From the NCBI GenBank assembly GCA_030524425.1, contig JAUNGN010000011.1, positions 1,321 through 65,320 on the forward strand: 64,000 bases of DNA. Reading direction: 5' to 3'. The stretch is from Clostridia bacterium. Lineage in GTDB: Bacteria > Bacillota > Clostridia > Lachnospirales > CAG-274. The position numbers and the translations under genes were made by a program. This document shows, in pieces, positions 27,705-37,463 of the stretch; within the stretch, counting starts at the first letter, position 1; each line of letters begins with the position of its first letter. The notes beneath the pieces are model-generated. The model searched no databases and was not told where the DNA came from. It saw only the letters and a program-made list of their open reading frames with translations.

Positions 27705-29179
27705 TGCGCAGTGCAATTAAAAAAATATTTTGGCTTTATGCTTTAATCTTCCTTATACTTATAGGATATTTATTAAAGCTGTGCTTATATGATTCCCACA
27801 GCTTTGTGGCAAATCCTTTTAATCCAAGACTTTCTCAAAGCTATGAGGGTATAAAGAGAGGCTCTATATATGACTCAAACGGTGATGTTATTGCCGAGGA
27901 TGTAAAGCAGGATGACGGAACATTTAAAAGAGTATATAAAAATGCCAGATACTATGCCCATGTTGTAGGATATACAGTAAAGGGTAAGGCAGGTGTTGAG
28001 TCCAAATATAATTTCAGACTTGAGAGTATAAATAATGAATTTTTGCAGAGAGTCGGCAATTTATTTTTAGGTAAGGATATTGAGGGAAACAGCCTTGTTC
28101 TTACAATTGATAACAGGCTTCAGGAAATAGCGGGAGAGGAGCTTGGCAATCAAAGAGGCTCCATTGTGGCAATGGAGCCATCAACAGGCAAAATACTTGC
28201 TATGGTTTCAAATCCAGCTTTTGACAGCAACACAGTAGCTGAAAACTGGGAGGAGCTGAACAGTGATGACAAGAATTCACCTCTTTTAAACAGAGCAACA
28301 CAGGGATTATATCCTCCCGGGTCTACATTTAAGATTATTACTGCTGCGGCTGCCTTAGAGGCTGATAAGGCACTTGAAAGCTTTGAAATAGATTGTGATG
28401 GTGAAGAAAAGTTCGGACACAGCATTATACATTGCTATAACGGCAAAGCACACGGAAATGTCAATATGGATTCCGCCTTTGCTAAGAGCTGTAATATATA
28501 TTTTTCGGAAATTGGTGTTAAAATAGGTGCCGGCAAGCTTATTGATATGGCTTATGCCTTTGGTTTTAATAAGGATATAGGTTTGTCTCTTGAGTACAGT
28601 AAATCTACCTTTCCTATGACGTTAGAGGCTGAGGAAAATGAAATTGTTGAAACATCCTTCGGACAGGGAAGAACTCTTGTAACTCCTCTTTTTATGGCTA
28701 TGGTAACATCTGCCGTTGCCAATAATGGTATGATGATGCAGCCTTATGTTGTGGATCACAGCTTAACGCCGTCAGGGGGTGTAAGAAACAGAACTCTGCC
28801 CGTTAAGCTTAATCAGGCTATATCACCAGGTCTTGCATCTCAGATTAAGGAGCTTATGTGCGGTGTGGTTGAAAATAATGGGGGCACTGCTCAAAATGCG
28901 TCCTTCAGCGTAAGCGGTACTGCTGTAAATTATGATGAAAATGAATCGGGAGCGTCTGTCAGCAAGGGTGCTTATTCAGGAAAAATCAGGGTTGCAGGTA
29001 AGACAGGTACGGCAGAAAATCCACAGGGTGATGACCATGCATGGTTTGTTGCCTTTGCTCCTGCCGATGAGCCTAAAATTGCTGTTGCCGTGCTTTTGGA
29101 AAATGCAGGAAAGGGAAGTAATGCCATACCTGCCGCAAGGGAAATAATGAAGACTTATATAGAAAATTTGGCGGGTTAA
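27704..29179 (+). CDS. Class B penicillin-binding protein (PBP2/FtsI-type transpeptidase)
   Basis: N-terminal TM, then STFK (PPGSTFKI), SxN (SCN) and KTG (AGKTGTAE) motifs. It appears translationally coupled to the SEDS gene. Confidence 0.92.
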   Translation: MRSAIKKIFWLYALIFLILIGYLLKLCLYDSHSFVANPFNPRLSQSYEGIKRGSIYDSNGDVIAEDVKQDDGTFKRVYKNARYYAHVVGYTVKGKAGVESKYNFRLESINNEFLQRVGNLFLGKDIEGNSLVLTIDNRLQEIAGEELGNQRGSIVAMEPSTGKILAMVSNPAFDSNTVAENWEELNSDDKNSPLLNRATQGLYPPGSTFKIITAAAALEADKALESFEIDCDGEEKFGHSIIHCYNGKAHGNVNMDSAFAKSCNIYFSEIGVKIGAGKLIDMAYAFGFNKDIGLSLEYSKSTFPMTLEAEENEIVETSFGQGRTLVTPLFMAMVTSAVANNGMMMQPYVVDHSLTPSGGVRNRTLPVKLNQAISPGLASQIKELMCGVVENNGGTAQNASFSVSGTAVNYDENESGASVSKGAYSGKIRVAGKTGTAENPQGDDHAWFVAFAPADEPKIAVAVLLENAGKGSNAIPAAREIMKTYIENLAG

Positions 29180-29362
29180 TTTTTTTAAGCCGTACCCTTT
29201 TTTTATTTATTGTTAAACCTTACAAAGTTAAAATTTTTCAATATATTTTTTTGCTTAAAATTTTACAGAAAAACTACTTGAAAATTAAATTAATTGTGGT
29301 ATTATGTTTAAGGTTAATTAATTTATTAATTAAATTTGAGATTAAACAAGGGGATTTAAGAG

Positions 29363-30175
29363 ATGTCTATTTTAGTGAGTACAAGTATGTACAACAGTAA
29401 AAATTTTAAAAATATTTTACACTTCGTTGAAAAATATAACGGTAAGGTTGGTGCGGAAATATTCCCCAGATTTGATGAGCCGGAATTTGAAAGTGTCCTC
29501 AAAGAATGTGTGCCTGCCTTAAAACAGGTTCCCATAAGCTTTCATGAACCTTATTTTGAGGTGGAGCATACTGCGGATTTATATACGGGAGAATATAAGA
29601 AAACTATGAGAAGGCTTAGTTCAATGATTAAGTACGGCTCTGTTATGGGGTGTGAATATATAGTTTATCATCACAACAATTGTGCTGTGCCTGAATATAA
29701 GAAGGCTGAGTTTTTAAAAATTTCACAGGATAATCTTCATGAAGTAACACAGCTTCTGCTTCCTTACGGTATTTCCGTTGCTGTTGAAAATGCAGGAACA
29801 ATTGCAAAAAATACCATGCTTTTAAATGAAAAGGAGTTTATTGCCTTATGCAGGGAAAGTGTTTGTAATGTAGTGCTTGATATAGGTCATGTTAATGCCA
29901 ATGGCTGGAATTTAAGAAATGTAATATATGCATTAAAGGATAAAATTATTTCTTATCATATACATAATAACTTTGGCAATAATGACGAGCATAACAGAAT
30001 TTTTGAAGGTACACTGGATTTTAATGAATTTATTGAAAGTTATCTGGAATTAACCCCTAATGCCAATCTGGTACTTGAATATGATGAAAGCCTTGCTGAT
30101 AAGGAGTCTGAAATTTGTCAGGACATTGATTATTTGTTTGAAATATTTCAAAATGCCAATAAAGCCTTAGCTTAG
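29363..30175 (+). CDS. Xylose-isomerase-like TIM-barrel protein (sugar phosphate isomerase/epimerase family)
   Basis: Pattern YIVYHH...VAVEN...LDIGHVN...YHIHNN matches the metal-ligand layout of AP-endonuclease-2/TIM-barrel proteins. Confidence 0.7.
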   Translation: MSILVSTSMYNSKNFKNILHFVEKYNGKVGAEIFPRFDEPEFESVLKECVPALKQVPISFHEPYFEVEHTADLYTGEYKKTMRRLSSMIKYGSVMGCEYIVYHHNNCAVPEYKKAEFLKISQDNLHEVTQLLLPYGISVAVENAGTIAKNTMLLNEKEFIALCRESVCNVVLDIGHVNANGWNLRNVIYALKDKIISYHIHNNFGNNDEHNRIFEGTLDFNEFIESYLELTPNANLVLEYDESLADKESEICQDIDYLFEIFQNANKALA

Positions 30176-30189
30176 GGATTATATGGGGA

Positions 30190-30229
30190 GGCTGTTGTAA
30201 AAAACTTTTTGCGACAGTCTTTTTTTTTC
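30190..30229 (+). terminator. Rho-independent terminator
   Basis: GGCTGTTG...CGACAGTC stem (two G-U pairs) followed by a T-run of 9 or more. Confidence 0.65.
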
Positions 30230-30243
30230 TATGAAAAAAATTG

Positions 30244-30270
30244 TTAGCACTCAGCTAAATTGAGTGCTAA
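30244..30270. promoter_or_regulatory. CIRCE operator (HrcA binding site)
   Basis: TTAGCACTC-agctaaatt-GAGTGCTAA is a perfect match to TTAGCACTC-N9-GAGTGCTAA. Confidence 0.9.
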
Positions 30271-30277
30271 AAAGTAC

Positions 30278-30305
30278 TTGACATTTGTAAACTTGTATGT
30301 ATAAT
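30278..30305 (+). promoter_or_regulatory. SigmaA promoter of htpG
   Basis: TTGACA (30278-30283), a 16-nt spacer ending in TG, then TATAAT (30300-30305). Confidence 0.75.
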
Positions 30306-30354
30306 TATATATAGGAGAATGCAATTTTATATTTAATTAAGGAGATGCTTGTTT

Positions 30355-32187
30355 ATGGAAAAAGGTAATTTATCAATTAACAGTGAAAATATTTTCCCTA
30401 TTATTAAGAAATGGTTATATTCAGACACGGATATTTTTTTAAGAGAGCTTGTAAGTAATGGGTGTGATGCTATTGTTAAGCTTAAAAAGCTTGCATCTAT
30501 GGGACAGTTTTCAGTTGATGAAAATGAAAAATTTAAGGTAGTTGTAAGGCTTGACGAAAAGGCTAAGACCATACAAATTATTGACAATGGTATTGGTATG
30601 ACGGCTGATGAAATTAAGAAGTTTATTACTGAAATTGCCTTTTCCGGTGCAACTGACTTTATTACAAAGTATCAGGATCAGTTTGAAAACGGCAGTGATA
30701 TTATAGGTCACTTTGGCTTAGGCTTTTATTCTGCTTTTATGGTAGCTGAAAAAGTTCAGATTGATTCGAAAAGCTATATGGCTGATGCGGAAAGTGCCAA
30801 GTGGGTTTGTGACGGCGGTATTGAGTATGAAATGGACTCAAGCGACAGACTTAACAGGGGTACCACAATAACTCTTTATGTAGGTGAGGACAATAAGGAG
30901 TTTTTAAACGGCTGGAAGCTAAAGGAAATACTTGCTAAGTACTGCAGCTTTATGCCGATTGAAATTTATTTTGAGGATGCATCTAAAAAGGACGAAGAAC
31001 AGGATGATAAGCCTGTTAATGAAACTGCTCCTTTATGGCTTAAAAAACCGGCTGAGTGTACAGATGAGGAGTATAAGGAATTTTATCATAAGGTATTTAC
31101 GGACTTTAATGACCCGCTGTTTTGGATTCATTTGAACATGGATTATCCTTTCAGATTAAAGGGTATTTTGTATTTCCCTAAGTTAAAGCATGAACTTGAG
31201 TCTATTGAAGGACAGGTCAAGCTGTATAACAATCAGGTATTTATAGCTGACAACTTAAAGGAGGTTATACCTGAATTTCTGCTCTTGTTAAAGGGTACAA
31301 TTGATTGTCCTGACTTACCTTTGAATGTAAGCAGAAGTTTTCTCCAGAATGACGGCTATGTAACTAAAATGAGCAAGTATATTACAAAGAAGGTTGCAGA
31401 TAAGCTTAACTCAATGTTTAAGAAGTCAAGAGAAGATTATGAAAAGTACTGGGAGGATATAAGTCCTTTTATTAAGTATGGTGCAATGAGAGAGCATGAT
31501 TTTTATGAAAAGGTTAAGGACAGTCTTTTGTTTAAGACAACAGAAGGTAATTATGTTACATTGACCGAATATACTGATAACAATAAGGAAAAGGCAGAAA
31601 ACAAGGTATTCTATGTGTCTGATATCCAGCAGCAGGCACAATACATTAAGATGTTTAAGGAAGAGGGTATGGATGCCGTTGTCCTTGATACCAGACTTGA
31701 TGTTCCTTATGTAAGTTTTCTTGAGGCTTACAGTAATGGTATAAAGTTTGAAAGAATTGATTCTGCCGTATCAGAGATGTTAAAGTCTGACAAAGAGTCT
31801 GAAATTGATGCTGAGGCTCTTGAAGGCTTGTTCAAGGCTTCATTGGGCAAGGATGATATAAAGATTAAGGTTGAAAATCTTAAATCAACAGAAGTTTCTG
31901 CTATGATTGAGCTTAGTGAGCAGAGCAGAAGAATGCAGGAAATGTCTGCCATGTATGGTATGGATAACAGAACATTCCCTAACGATGAAACTCTTGTACT
32001 TAATGCTAATAATAATGTTGTTAAACTGCTTTTAGATATTAAGGACAGTAAAAACGAGGAATCAGAAATGATTTGCAGACAGATATATGATCTTGCGGTA
32101 ATGAGTCATAAGCCGTTATCTCAGGACGCTATGACAGATTTTATAGCCAGAAGTAACAAAATTATGGAGCTTTTGGCAGAAAAATAA
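30355..32187 (+). CDS. htpG: Molecular chaperone HtpG (Hsp90 family)
   Basis: GHKL ATPase motifs FLRELVSNGCDA and IIDNGIGMT...GHFGLGFYSAFMVA. About 610 aa. I chose start ATG 30355, 10 nt after GGAG; the ORF track begins at TTG 30349. Confidence 0.93.
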   Translation: MEKGNLSINSENIFPIIKKWLYSDTDIFLRELVSNGCDAIVKLKKLASMGQFSVDENEKFKVVVRLDEKAKTIQIIDNGIGMTADEIKKFITEIAFSGATDFITKYQDQFENGSDIIGHFGLGFYSAFMVAEKVQIDSKSYMADAESAKWVCDGGIEYEMDSSDRLNRGTTITLYVGEDNKEFLNGWKLKEILAKYCSFMPIEIYFEDASKKDEEQDDKPVNETAPLWLKKPAECTDEEYKEFYHKVFTDFNDPLFWIHLNMDYPFRLKGILYFPKLKHELESIEGQVKLYNNQVFIADNLKEVIPEFLLLLKGTIDCPDLPLNVSRSFLQNDGYVTKMSKYITKKVADKLNSMFKKSREDYEKYWEDISPFIKYGAMREHDFYEKVKDSLLFKTTEGNYVTLTEYTDNNKEKAENKVFYVSDIQQQAQYIKMFKEEGMDAVVLDTRLDVPYVSFLEAYSNGIKFERIDSAVSEMLKSDKESEIDAEALEGLFKASLGKDDIKIKVENLKSTEVSAMIELSEQSRRMQEMSAMYGMDNRTFPNDETLVLNANNNVVKLLLDIKDSKNEESEMICRQIYDLAVMSHKPLSQDAMTDFIARSNKIMELLAEK

Positions 32188-32200
32188 TAGGTTTCAGCAC

Positions 32201-32229
32201 TTGAAAAGATATGCTCTGTCGTGTATACT
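32201..32229 (+). promoter_or_regulatory. SigmaA-like promoter upstream of lon
   Basis: TTGAAA (32201-32206), a 17-nt spacer, then TATACT (32224-32229). No strong terminator separates it from htpG. Confidence 0.5.
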
Positions 32230-32408
32230 GTAATTTATCAGAAGAAAATGAGAGATTGTTTATTCCTTTCTGAGATGAGTTGTTAAGTCTTTTTATTTTA
32301 ATGCAAAATGTCGGTGTTAGGCGACATATAAATATGCGTAACTTTAAAGTAAAAAGGAAAAACAGCAATATCGGATGTATATTGATGATATGAATTGAGG
32401 TGTTGTAA

Positions 32409-34712
32409 ATGGATAATATGAGAATTATGCCGATTCTGTTACTTGATGAAATAGTTCCCTATCCTAAGTGTAATTACACTATAAGTATAGAAGATGATGA
32501 GTATGTAGAGGCTGTTAAAACCTCTATGGGTGCTGACAGTTATTTAATGCTTGTTAATGCTAAGGATTATGACAAGGGTGTTACGGAAAATAACATTTTT
32601 AGAATCGGTACTGTTGCAAAGATTAAAAATGCAATGAGAGGTCTTGACGGGGGAATCAAGCTTTCGGTTAATTGTATAGAAAGAGCTTATATTGACAGTG
32701 TTCAGAAGAATTCCGATTATTCTCTTTGTCAGGTAGAATCCATGGTGGAGATTAGTACTGCTGATGAAGTAAAGGTTTCTGCTTCTGTTGATGTTCTTAA
32801 GGATTTATTTGCTAAATACAGAGGGGTTGTGCCTATGCTGCAGCCTGCTCTTATAAATGATGTTAAGAAAACAAATGACTTAGGTGTACTTTGTGATAAG
32901 CTTTGTGATAAGCTTGTACAAAGCTTTGAAGATAAGAGAGCTATACTTGAAGAAACAGATGTTTATGAAAGGGCATTGCTTACTATTGCTCTTATTGAAA
33001 AGGAAATACAAAGAGCCAATGTTAAAAATGATATTATGCTTAAGGCAAAGGAAAATATTGAAGAGGCTCAGAAGGAATATTTCTTAAGAGAAGAACTGAA
33101 AGCAATTAATGAAGAGCTTGGTGACAAGAGTGGTACCGGTGAGGAAATTAAGGGCTACAGAGAAAAAATGGCTGAGCTTAAAATGCCTGAGTATGCCGAA
33201 GAAAAGCTTGAGAAGGAATTTAAGAGACTTGAGAGAGCCAATCCGGGTACTGCAGAAGGCTCTGTTATAAGAGATTATATTGATAATGTGCTTTCATTGC
33301 CTTGGGGTAACATGACTAAGGAAAATACATCACTTAAGAGGGCTGAACAGGTGCTTAACAAGGATCATTATGGTCTTGAAAAGGTTAAGGAGAGAATTGT
33401 AGAGTATTTGGCGGTAAGGCTTAAGGTTGATAACCCCAATGCACCTATACTTTGCCTTGTAGGACCTCCGGGTGTAGGCAAAACATCTATAGCCAAGTCA
33501 ATTGCAAGAGCTTTAGGCAGAAGGTATGTCAGAATGAGTCTGGGCGGTATAAGTGATGAGGCGGAAATCAGAGGACATAGAAGAACATATTTAGGCGCTA
33601 TGCCGGGCAGAATTATCTCAGCTGTAAAACAGGCAGGAGCTTCAAATCCTCTTGTGCTTTTAGATGAAATTGATAAACTTGGCAAAGATTATAAGGGAGA
33701 TCCTGCTGCTGCTTTTCTTGAGGTGTTAGATGGAGAGCAGAATGTGAATTTCAGAGATAATTATATTGAAATGCCTTATGATTTAAGCCGTTGTCTTTTC
33801 CTTTGTACCGCAAACAGTTTAGATACAATTCCTGGTCCGTTAAGAGACAGACTTGAAATAGTAGAACTCTCAAGTTATACATCAGAAGAAAAATATCACA
33901 TTGCGGCAGATTATCTTGTTCCTAAACAGCTTGAGGCTAACGGACTTACAAAAGCACAGCTTAAGTTTAGAAAAGATGCCATTGAGGATATGATTGAAAG
34001 CTATACAAGAGAAGCAGGTGTAAGAACTCTTGAAAGAACTATTGGCAAGGTTTGCCGTAAAGTAGTTAAGCAGCAGATTGAAGATGGTAATGCTGTTGTG
34101 GTAAGTAAGAAGAATTTAACTGATTTTCTTGGTAAGCGAATATTTAAGCCTGAAACCATAAATGCCACTGATGAGGTGGGCATTTGCAAGGGACTTGCAT
34201 GGACTACGGTTGGCGGAACTACCCTTGATGTTGAAGTCAATATATTAAAGGGTAAGGGTAATTTTAAGATTACGGGTAATGTAGGCAAGGTAATGGAAGA
34301 AAGCTATAATGCTGCTCTTAGCTATATAAGAGCAAATGCAGATGAGCTTGGAGTAGACATTGATTTTGAAAATACAGATGTTCATATCCATATTCCTGAA
34401 GGTGCAACACCTAAAGACGGCCCATCTGCAGGTATCACTATGGCAACTGCTATGGTATCTGCCATGACAAGAACGCCTATAAGGGCAGATATTGCTATGA
34501 CAGGCGAGATAAGCATACGAGGTAAGGTAATGCCTATTGGCGGTTTGAAGGAAAAGGTGCTTGCTGCCAAAAGAGCTGGTGTTAAAAAGGTTATTATTCC
34601 TGTTGAAAATGCGCCTGACCTTGAGGAAATTCCGGAGTACGGAAAGTCAAATATGGAGTTTGTTTTAGCTTCTAAAATGAATGATGTATTAAGCAATAGC
34701 CTGATTAGGTAA
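32409..34712 (+). CDS. lon: ATP-dependent protease Lon (LonA)
   Basis: N-terminal LON domain and AAA+ Walker A GPPGVGKTS. The protease domain carries PKDGPSAGITMATA (catalytic Ser) and a GGLKEKVLAAKRAG Lys region. Confidence 0.96.
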   Translation: MDNMRIMPILLLDEIVPYPKCNYTISIEDDEYVEAVKTSMGADSYLMLVNAKDYDKGVTENNIFRIGTVAKIKNAMRGLDGGIKLSVNCIERAYIDSVQKNSDYSLCQVESMVEISTADEVKVSASVDVLKDLFAKYRGVVPMLQPALINDVKKTNDLGVLCDKLCDKLVQSFEDKRAILEETDVYERALLTIALIEKEIQRANVKNDIMLKAKENIEEAQKEYFLREELKAINEELGDKSGTGEEIKGYREKMAELKMPEYAEEKLEKEFKRLERANPGTAEGSVIRDYIDNVLSLPWGNMTKENTSLKRAEQVLNKDHYGLEKVKERIVEYLAVRLKVDNPNAPILCLVGPPGVGKTSIAKSIARALGRRYVRMSLGGISDEAEIRGHRRTYLGAMPGRIISAVKQAGASNPLVLLDEIDKLGKDYKGDPAAAFLEVLDGEQNVNFRDNYIEMPYDLSRCLFLCTANSLDTIPGPLRDRLEIVELSSYTSEEKYHIAADYLVPKQLEANGLTKAQLKFRKDAIEDMIESYTREAGVRTLERTIGKVCRKVVKQQIEDGNAVVVSKKNLTDFLGKRIFKPETINATDEVGICKGLAWTTVGGTTLDVEVNILKGKGNFKITGNVGKVMEESYNAALSYIRANADELGVDIDFENTDVHIHIPEGATPKDGPSAGITMATAMVSAMTRTPIRADIAMTGEISIRGKVMPIGGLKEKVLAAKRAGVKKVIIPVENAPDLEEIPEYGKSNMEFVLASKMNDVLSNSLIR

Positions 34713-34731
34713 GTATATATTTACAATAAGA

Positions 34732-34770
34732 AAGCCGTTTCAAAACAATAATTTTGAAACGGCTCTTTTT
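34732..34770. terminator. Bidirectional terminator between lon and the convergent gene
   Basis: 13-bp inverted repeat AGCCGTTTCAAAA / TTTTGAAACGGCT followed by CTTTTTTT. Confidence 0.8.
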
Positions 34771-35841
34771 TTATGCGGCAGGTTTTCTTATGCAGTCGTT
34801 GGCAATTAATCCGTCATATATAAAGTCAAGTAATATGCTGTAAGCCTCATCATTAAGATTTCCCGTATTCTGCAGCATACAGGAAGGAACGCTTCCTTTT
34901 GTCTGCTGAGCCTTGTCATTATCAGTAAAGGTAATATTAGTCTTATTAAGGTCATAACCGGAGAGATATCTTCTGACATTTAAGTAATGAGAGCCAAAAT
35001 TTTCCGACATAAGGTTGTCATATTCAGAGGCGCTTTCATTATCACCTGCAATAAGTCCCAGAACTAAGTATCTTTCTTTGTTTTTACCGCAGGAGTCTAT
35101 GATTTGCTGAATATAATCCACTAAATCTTCATAATTACTCCAGGTATCATTTTCACCAATCCATATAATATGAACATAGTCTTTATATTCATCATCACTG
35201 CTTGTATTAATGATTGTTCCCTTTGGAATAGTAAAAGATTCTCCCCTGTCAGTCCTTAAAAAATAGTGTTTGTTTTCACCTGTTACGGCATCTCTTTCGG
35301 ATTCTCCGCCTATTTGACCCGATACGCCGTTAACAGTTACGGGATTGAAGTTTGCATTATCTGCAGACACGGCTAAAGGCCATACCGGACCGTCCTCTGA
35401 CGATTTTAGATCAATATCAATAAGTTCAGGTTCTTCCGGTATAGTTATATCTTCATCAATTATAAATGGGATTACACCTATTCTGCCCATTATGGTTAGT
35501 GTATTTTCTCCCGGAACAGAAAGATTAACTATAGGAATTCTATAGCCTTCATCAGTCAGCTTGTTTTGAAGTACTGCTGCTATTTTTGTGTTCAAAGTGC
35601 CTGTACTTGACATAAGGTCTGAGCCGATACATACTATACCCGGTATTTCGTTTGAGATTGCCATGTAATCTGTTTCTAATTTAGCTTTTCTTTCTGCCTC
35701 TGTTTTGGCATAGCTTTGTGCATTTACAGCGTTTTCCTCTATAAGTCTTGTTGAACTGCTGTTTAAATAAAAAATAATAATAGGGGTAATTATAACCAGT
35801 AATATTATTAAAACAATAGATATTTTATTTATAAATTTCAT
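34771..35841 (-). CDS. Membrane-anchored hypothetical protein, possibly SGNH/GDSL-like hydrolase fold
   Basis: N-terminal TM. CIGSDL (block I-like), VPGEN (block II-like) and IWIGENDTW (block III GxND-like) are present. I could not find a clear block V DxxH, so the assignment is weak. Confidence 0.4.
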   Translation of the reverse strand: MKFINKISIVLIILLVIITPIIIFYLNSSSTRLIEENAVNAQSYAKTEAERKAKLETDYMAISNEIPGIVCIGSDLMSSTGTLNTKIAAVLQNKLTDEGYRIPIVNLSVPGENTLTIMGRIGVIPFIIDEDITIPEEPELIDIDLKSSEDGPVWPLAVSADNANFNPVTVNGVSGQIGGESERDAVTGENKHYFLRTDRGESFTIPKGTIINTSSDDEYKDYVHIIWIGENDTWSNYEDLVDYIQQIIDSCGKNKERYLVLGLIAGDNESASEYDNLMSENFGSHYLNVRRYLSGYDLNKTNITFTDNDKAQQTKGSVPSCMLQNTGNLNDEAYSILLDFIYDGLIANDCIRKPAA

Positions 35842-35856
35842 TTAATCCCACCTTAA

Positions 35857-35887
35857 TAAAAAGAAGCCTGTTTATGGCTTCTTTTTT
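35857..35887. terminator. Hairpin terminator between the BY-kinase gene and the downstream gene
   Basis: AGAAGCC-tgtttat-GGCTTCT flanked by an A-run and a T-run. Confidence 0.6.
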
Positions 35888-35890
35888 ACG

Positions 35891-37441
35891 CTATTTATGA
35901 CTATGTTCATGCTTATGACTGTTGGTGTCATAAGGATTTGATTTATAGGCATAACCATACTTTCTGCCATACTTTGTGTTATTTTCTTCTACAGAGTTAA
36001 TAACAACACCTAAAATATTTCCTTCAACAAAGTCGATACTTTCAATAGCTCTGTCTATTTCATCATAGGTTGAAACACCCTGTCTTACTACAAGCATGAT
36101 TCCTGCAACTGTTTTTGATAAAAGCAAAGCATCTGTAACAACATTAATAGGTGATGTATCGAGAATTACATAATCATACAGTCCTCTTGTATATTCCAAA
36201 AACCTCTGCATATTAGCTGAACCTAAAAGCTCTGAAGGATTTGGAGGCATAGGACCTGATGTAATTACATCAAGATTCTCATATACTGCCTTATTAACAT
36301 TATTTTCAAATTTTTCACCTGTCAATACTGATGAAAGTCCCTTTTCATTTGAAATATTAAACATTTTATGCTGAACAGGACGTCTTAAGTCACAATCAAC
36401 CAAAAGTACCTTTGCCTTGGTTTGAGCAAGAGTAATTGCAATGTTAGCTGCTGTAGTTGACTTGCCGTCACCCGAAAGAGGGCTGGAAATAACAAAGGCA
36501 TTATTTTCCTGTGTTGAAAGTGTAAAGTTAAGGTTTGTTCTAAGCATATTATAAGCTTCAGTAACAGAAAATTGAACTTTATCTGTCAGAATTGTGCCGA
36601 TTTTAACTCTTGCCTGAGCATCTTTACGCCTTAAAGACGGCATATATTTATATAAAATGCTGTTTTTACTTGAAGCTCCCATAATATCATAGGTAGGGAT
36701 TTCCGATAAAACAGGCAGATGGCATTTATTTCTGAACTCTTCTCCGTTATTAATGGTTCTGTTGAGAATATATCTTAATATTATAACAAAGCATATTAAA
36801 AGTAAACCGAATAATGCTGATACAATACCATTTTTAGCTGCGTTGGGGCCTGATGGAACCAATGGTATTTTAGCTGTATTTATGGTTTCAACAAAGCCTG
36901 TGCCAACTACTCTGTTAATAACAGAGGGAGCTGTGTCAGCAATTATTCTGCATATTTCTGCTGAAATGGTAGGGCTTGGCGTAGTCGCTGAGATCTGAAT
37001 AATTTCTGTTTCATTAACTGTTCCAAAGGTCACATAGCTTAAAATACTTCTTGGATCAATTGATACTGTACCGTTTTCATTTGTAATTGTGCTAAAGTAG
37101 CTTTCAATTTCTGCCTGAGTACATATAGTGTTAAGCTTTTCAGCAACAACATCCATAATTGCATCATTTGACAAAATTACTATGTATGTTTCTGCAAGGC
37201 TTTTGGAAGCATCAAGTTCAGAAAGGCTTGCATTGCCTATTACTGAATTTTTTTCGTTGCTTTTAACATATAAGCAGGTTGATGTTGTATATTCAAGAGG
37301 CTTGCAGGTTTTTGTATAGGTATAGCCTATAATGCCAAAAATCATTACTACCGCCAATATTAGCCATATATATCTCAACAGTTCCTGAAGTATTAAAGAC
37401 AGGTCTATTGTATATTCCGTATTGTTTCTTTTCTCATTCAA
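35891..37441 (-). CDS. Fused Wzz-type chain-length modulator / bacterial tyrosine (BY) autokinase
   Basis: N-terminal Wzz-like region with two TMs. The kinase domain has Walker A SGDGKST, Walker A' VLLVDCDLRRP and Walker B VILDTSP. The C-terminal Tyr cluster is KYGRKYGYAYKSNPY. Confidence 0.85.
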   Translation of the reverse strand: MNEKRNNTEYTIDLSLILQELLRYIWLILAVVMIFGIIGYTYTKTCKPLEYTTSTCLYVKSNEKNSVIGNASLSELDASKSLAETYIVILSNDAIMDVVAEKLNTICTQAEIESYFSTITNENGTVSIDPRSILSYVTFGTVNETEIIQISATTPSPTISAEICRIIADTAPSVINRVVGTGFVETINTAKIPLVPSGPNAAKNGIVSALFGLLLICFVIILRYILNRTINNGEEFRNKCHLPVLSEIPTYDIMGASSKNSILYKYMPSLRRKDAQARVKIGTILTDKVQFSVTEAYNMLRTNLNFTLSTQENNAFVISSPLSGDGKSTTAANIAITLAQTKAKVLLVDCDLRRPVQHKMFNISNEKGLSSVLTGEKFENNVNKAVYENLDVITSGPMPPNPSELLGSANMQRFLEYTRGLYDYVILDTSPINVVTDALLLSKTVAGIMLVVRQGVSTYDEIDRAIESIDFVEGNILGVVINSVEENNTKYGRKYGYAYKSNPYDTNSHKHEHSHK

Positions 37442-37463
37442 TTCAGGTATCCTCCTACATACT

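Noticed and set aside
30355-34712. HtpG plus Lon as components of a defence-type system (Lon-like and Hsp90-like ATPases occur in some phage-defence loci).
   Set aside because: Both are full-length canonical housekeeping proteins. HtpG has its GHKL motifs, and Lon is LonA with an N-domain, AAA+ domain and Ser-Lys protease domain. A CIRCE heat-shock operator lies upstream and no accessory genes are present.
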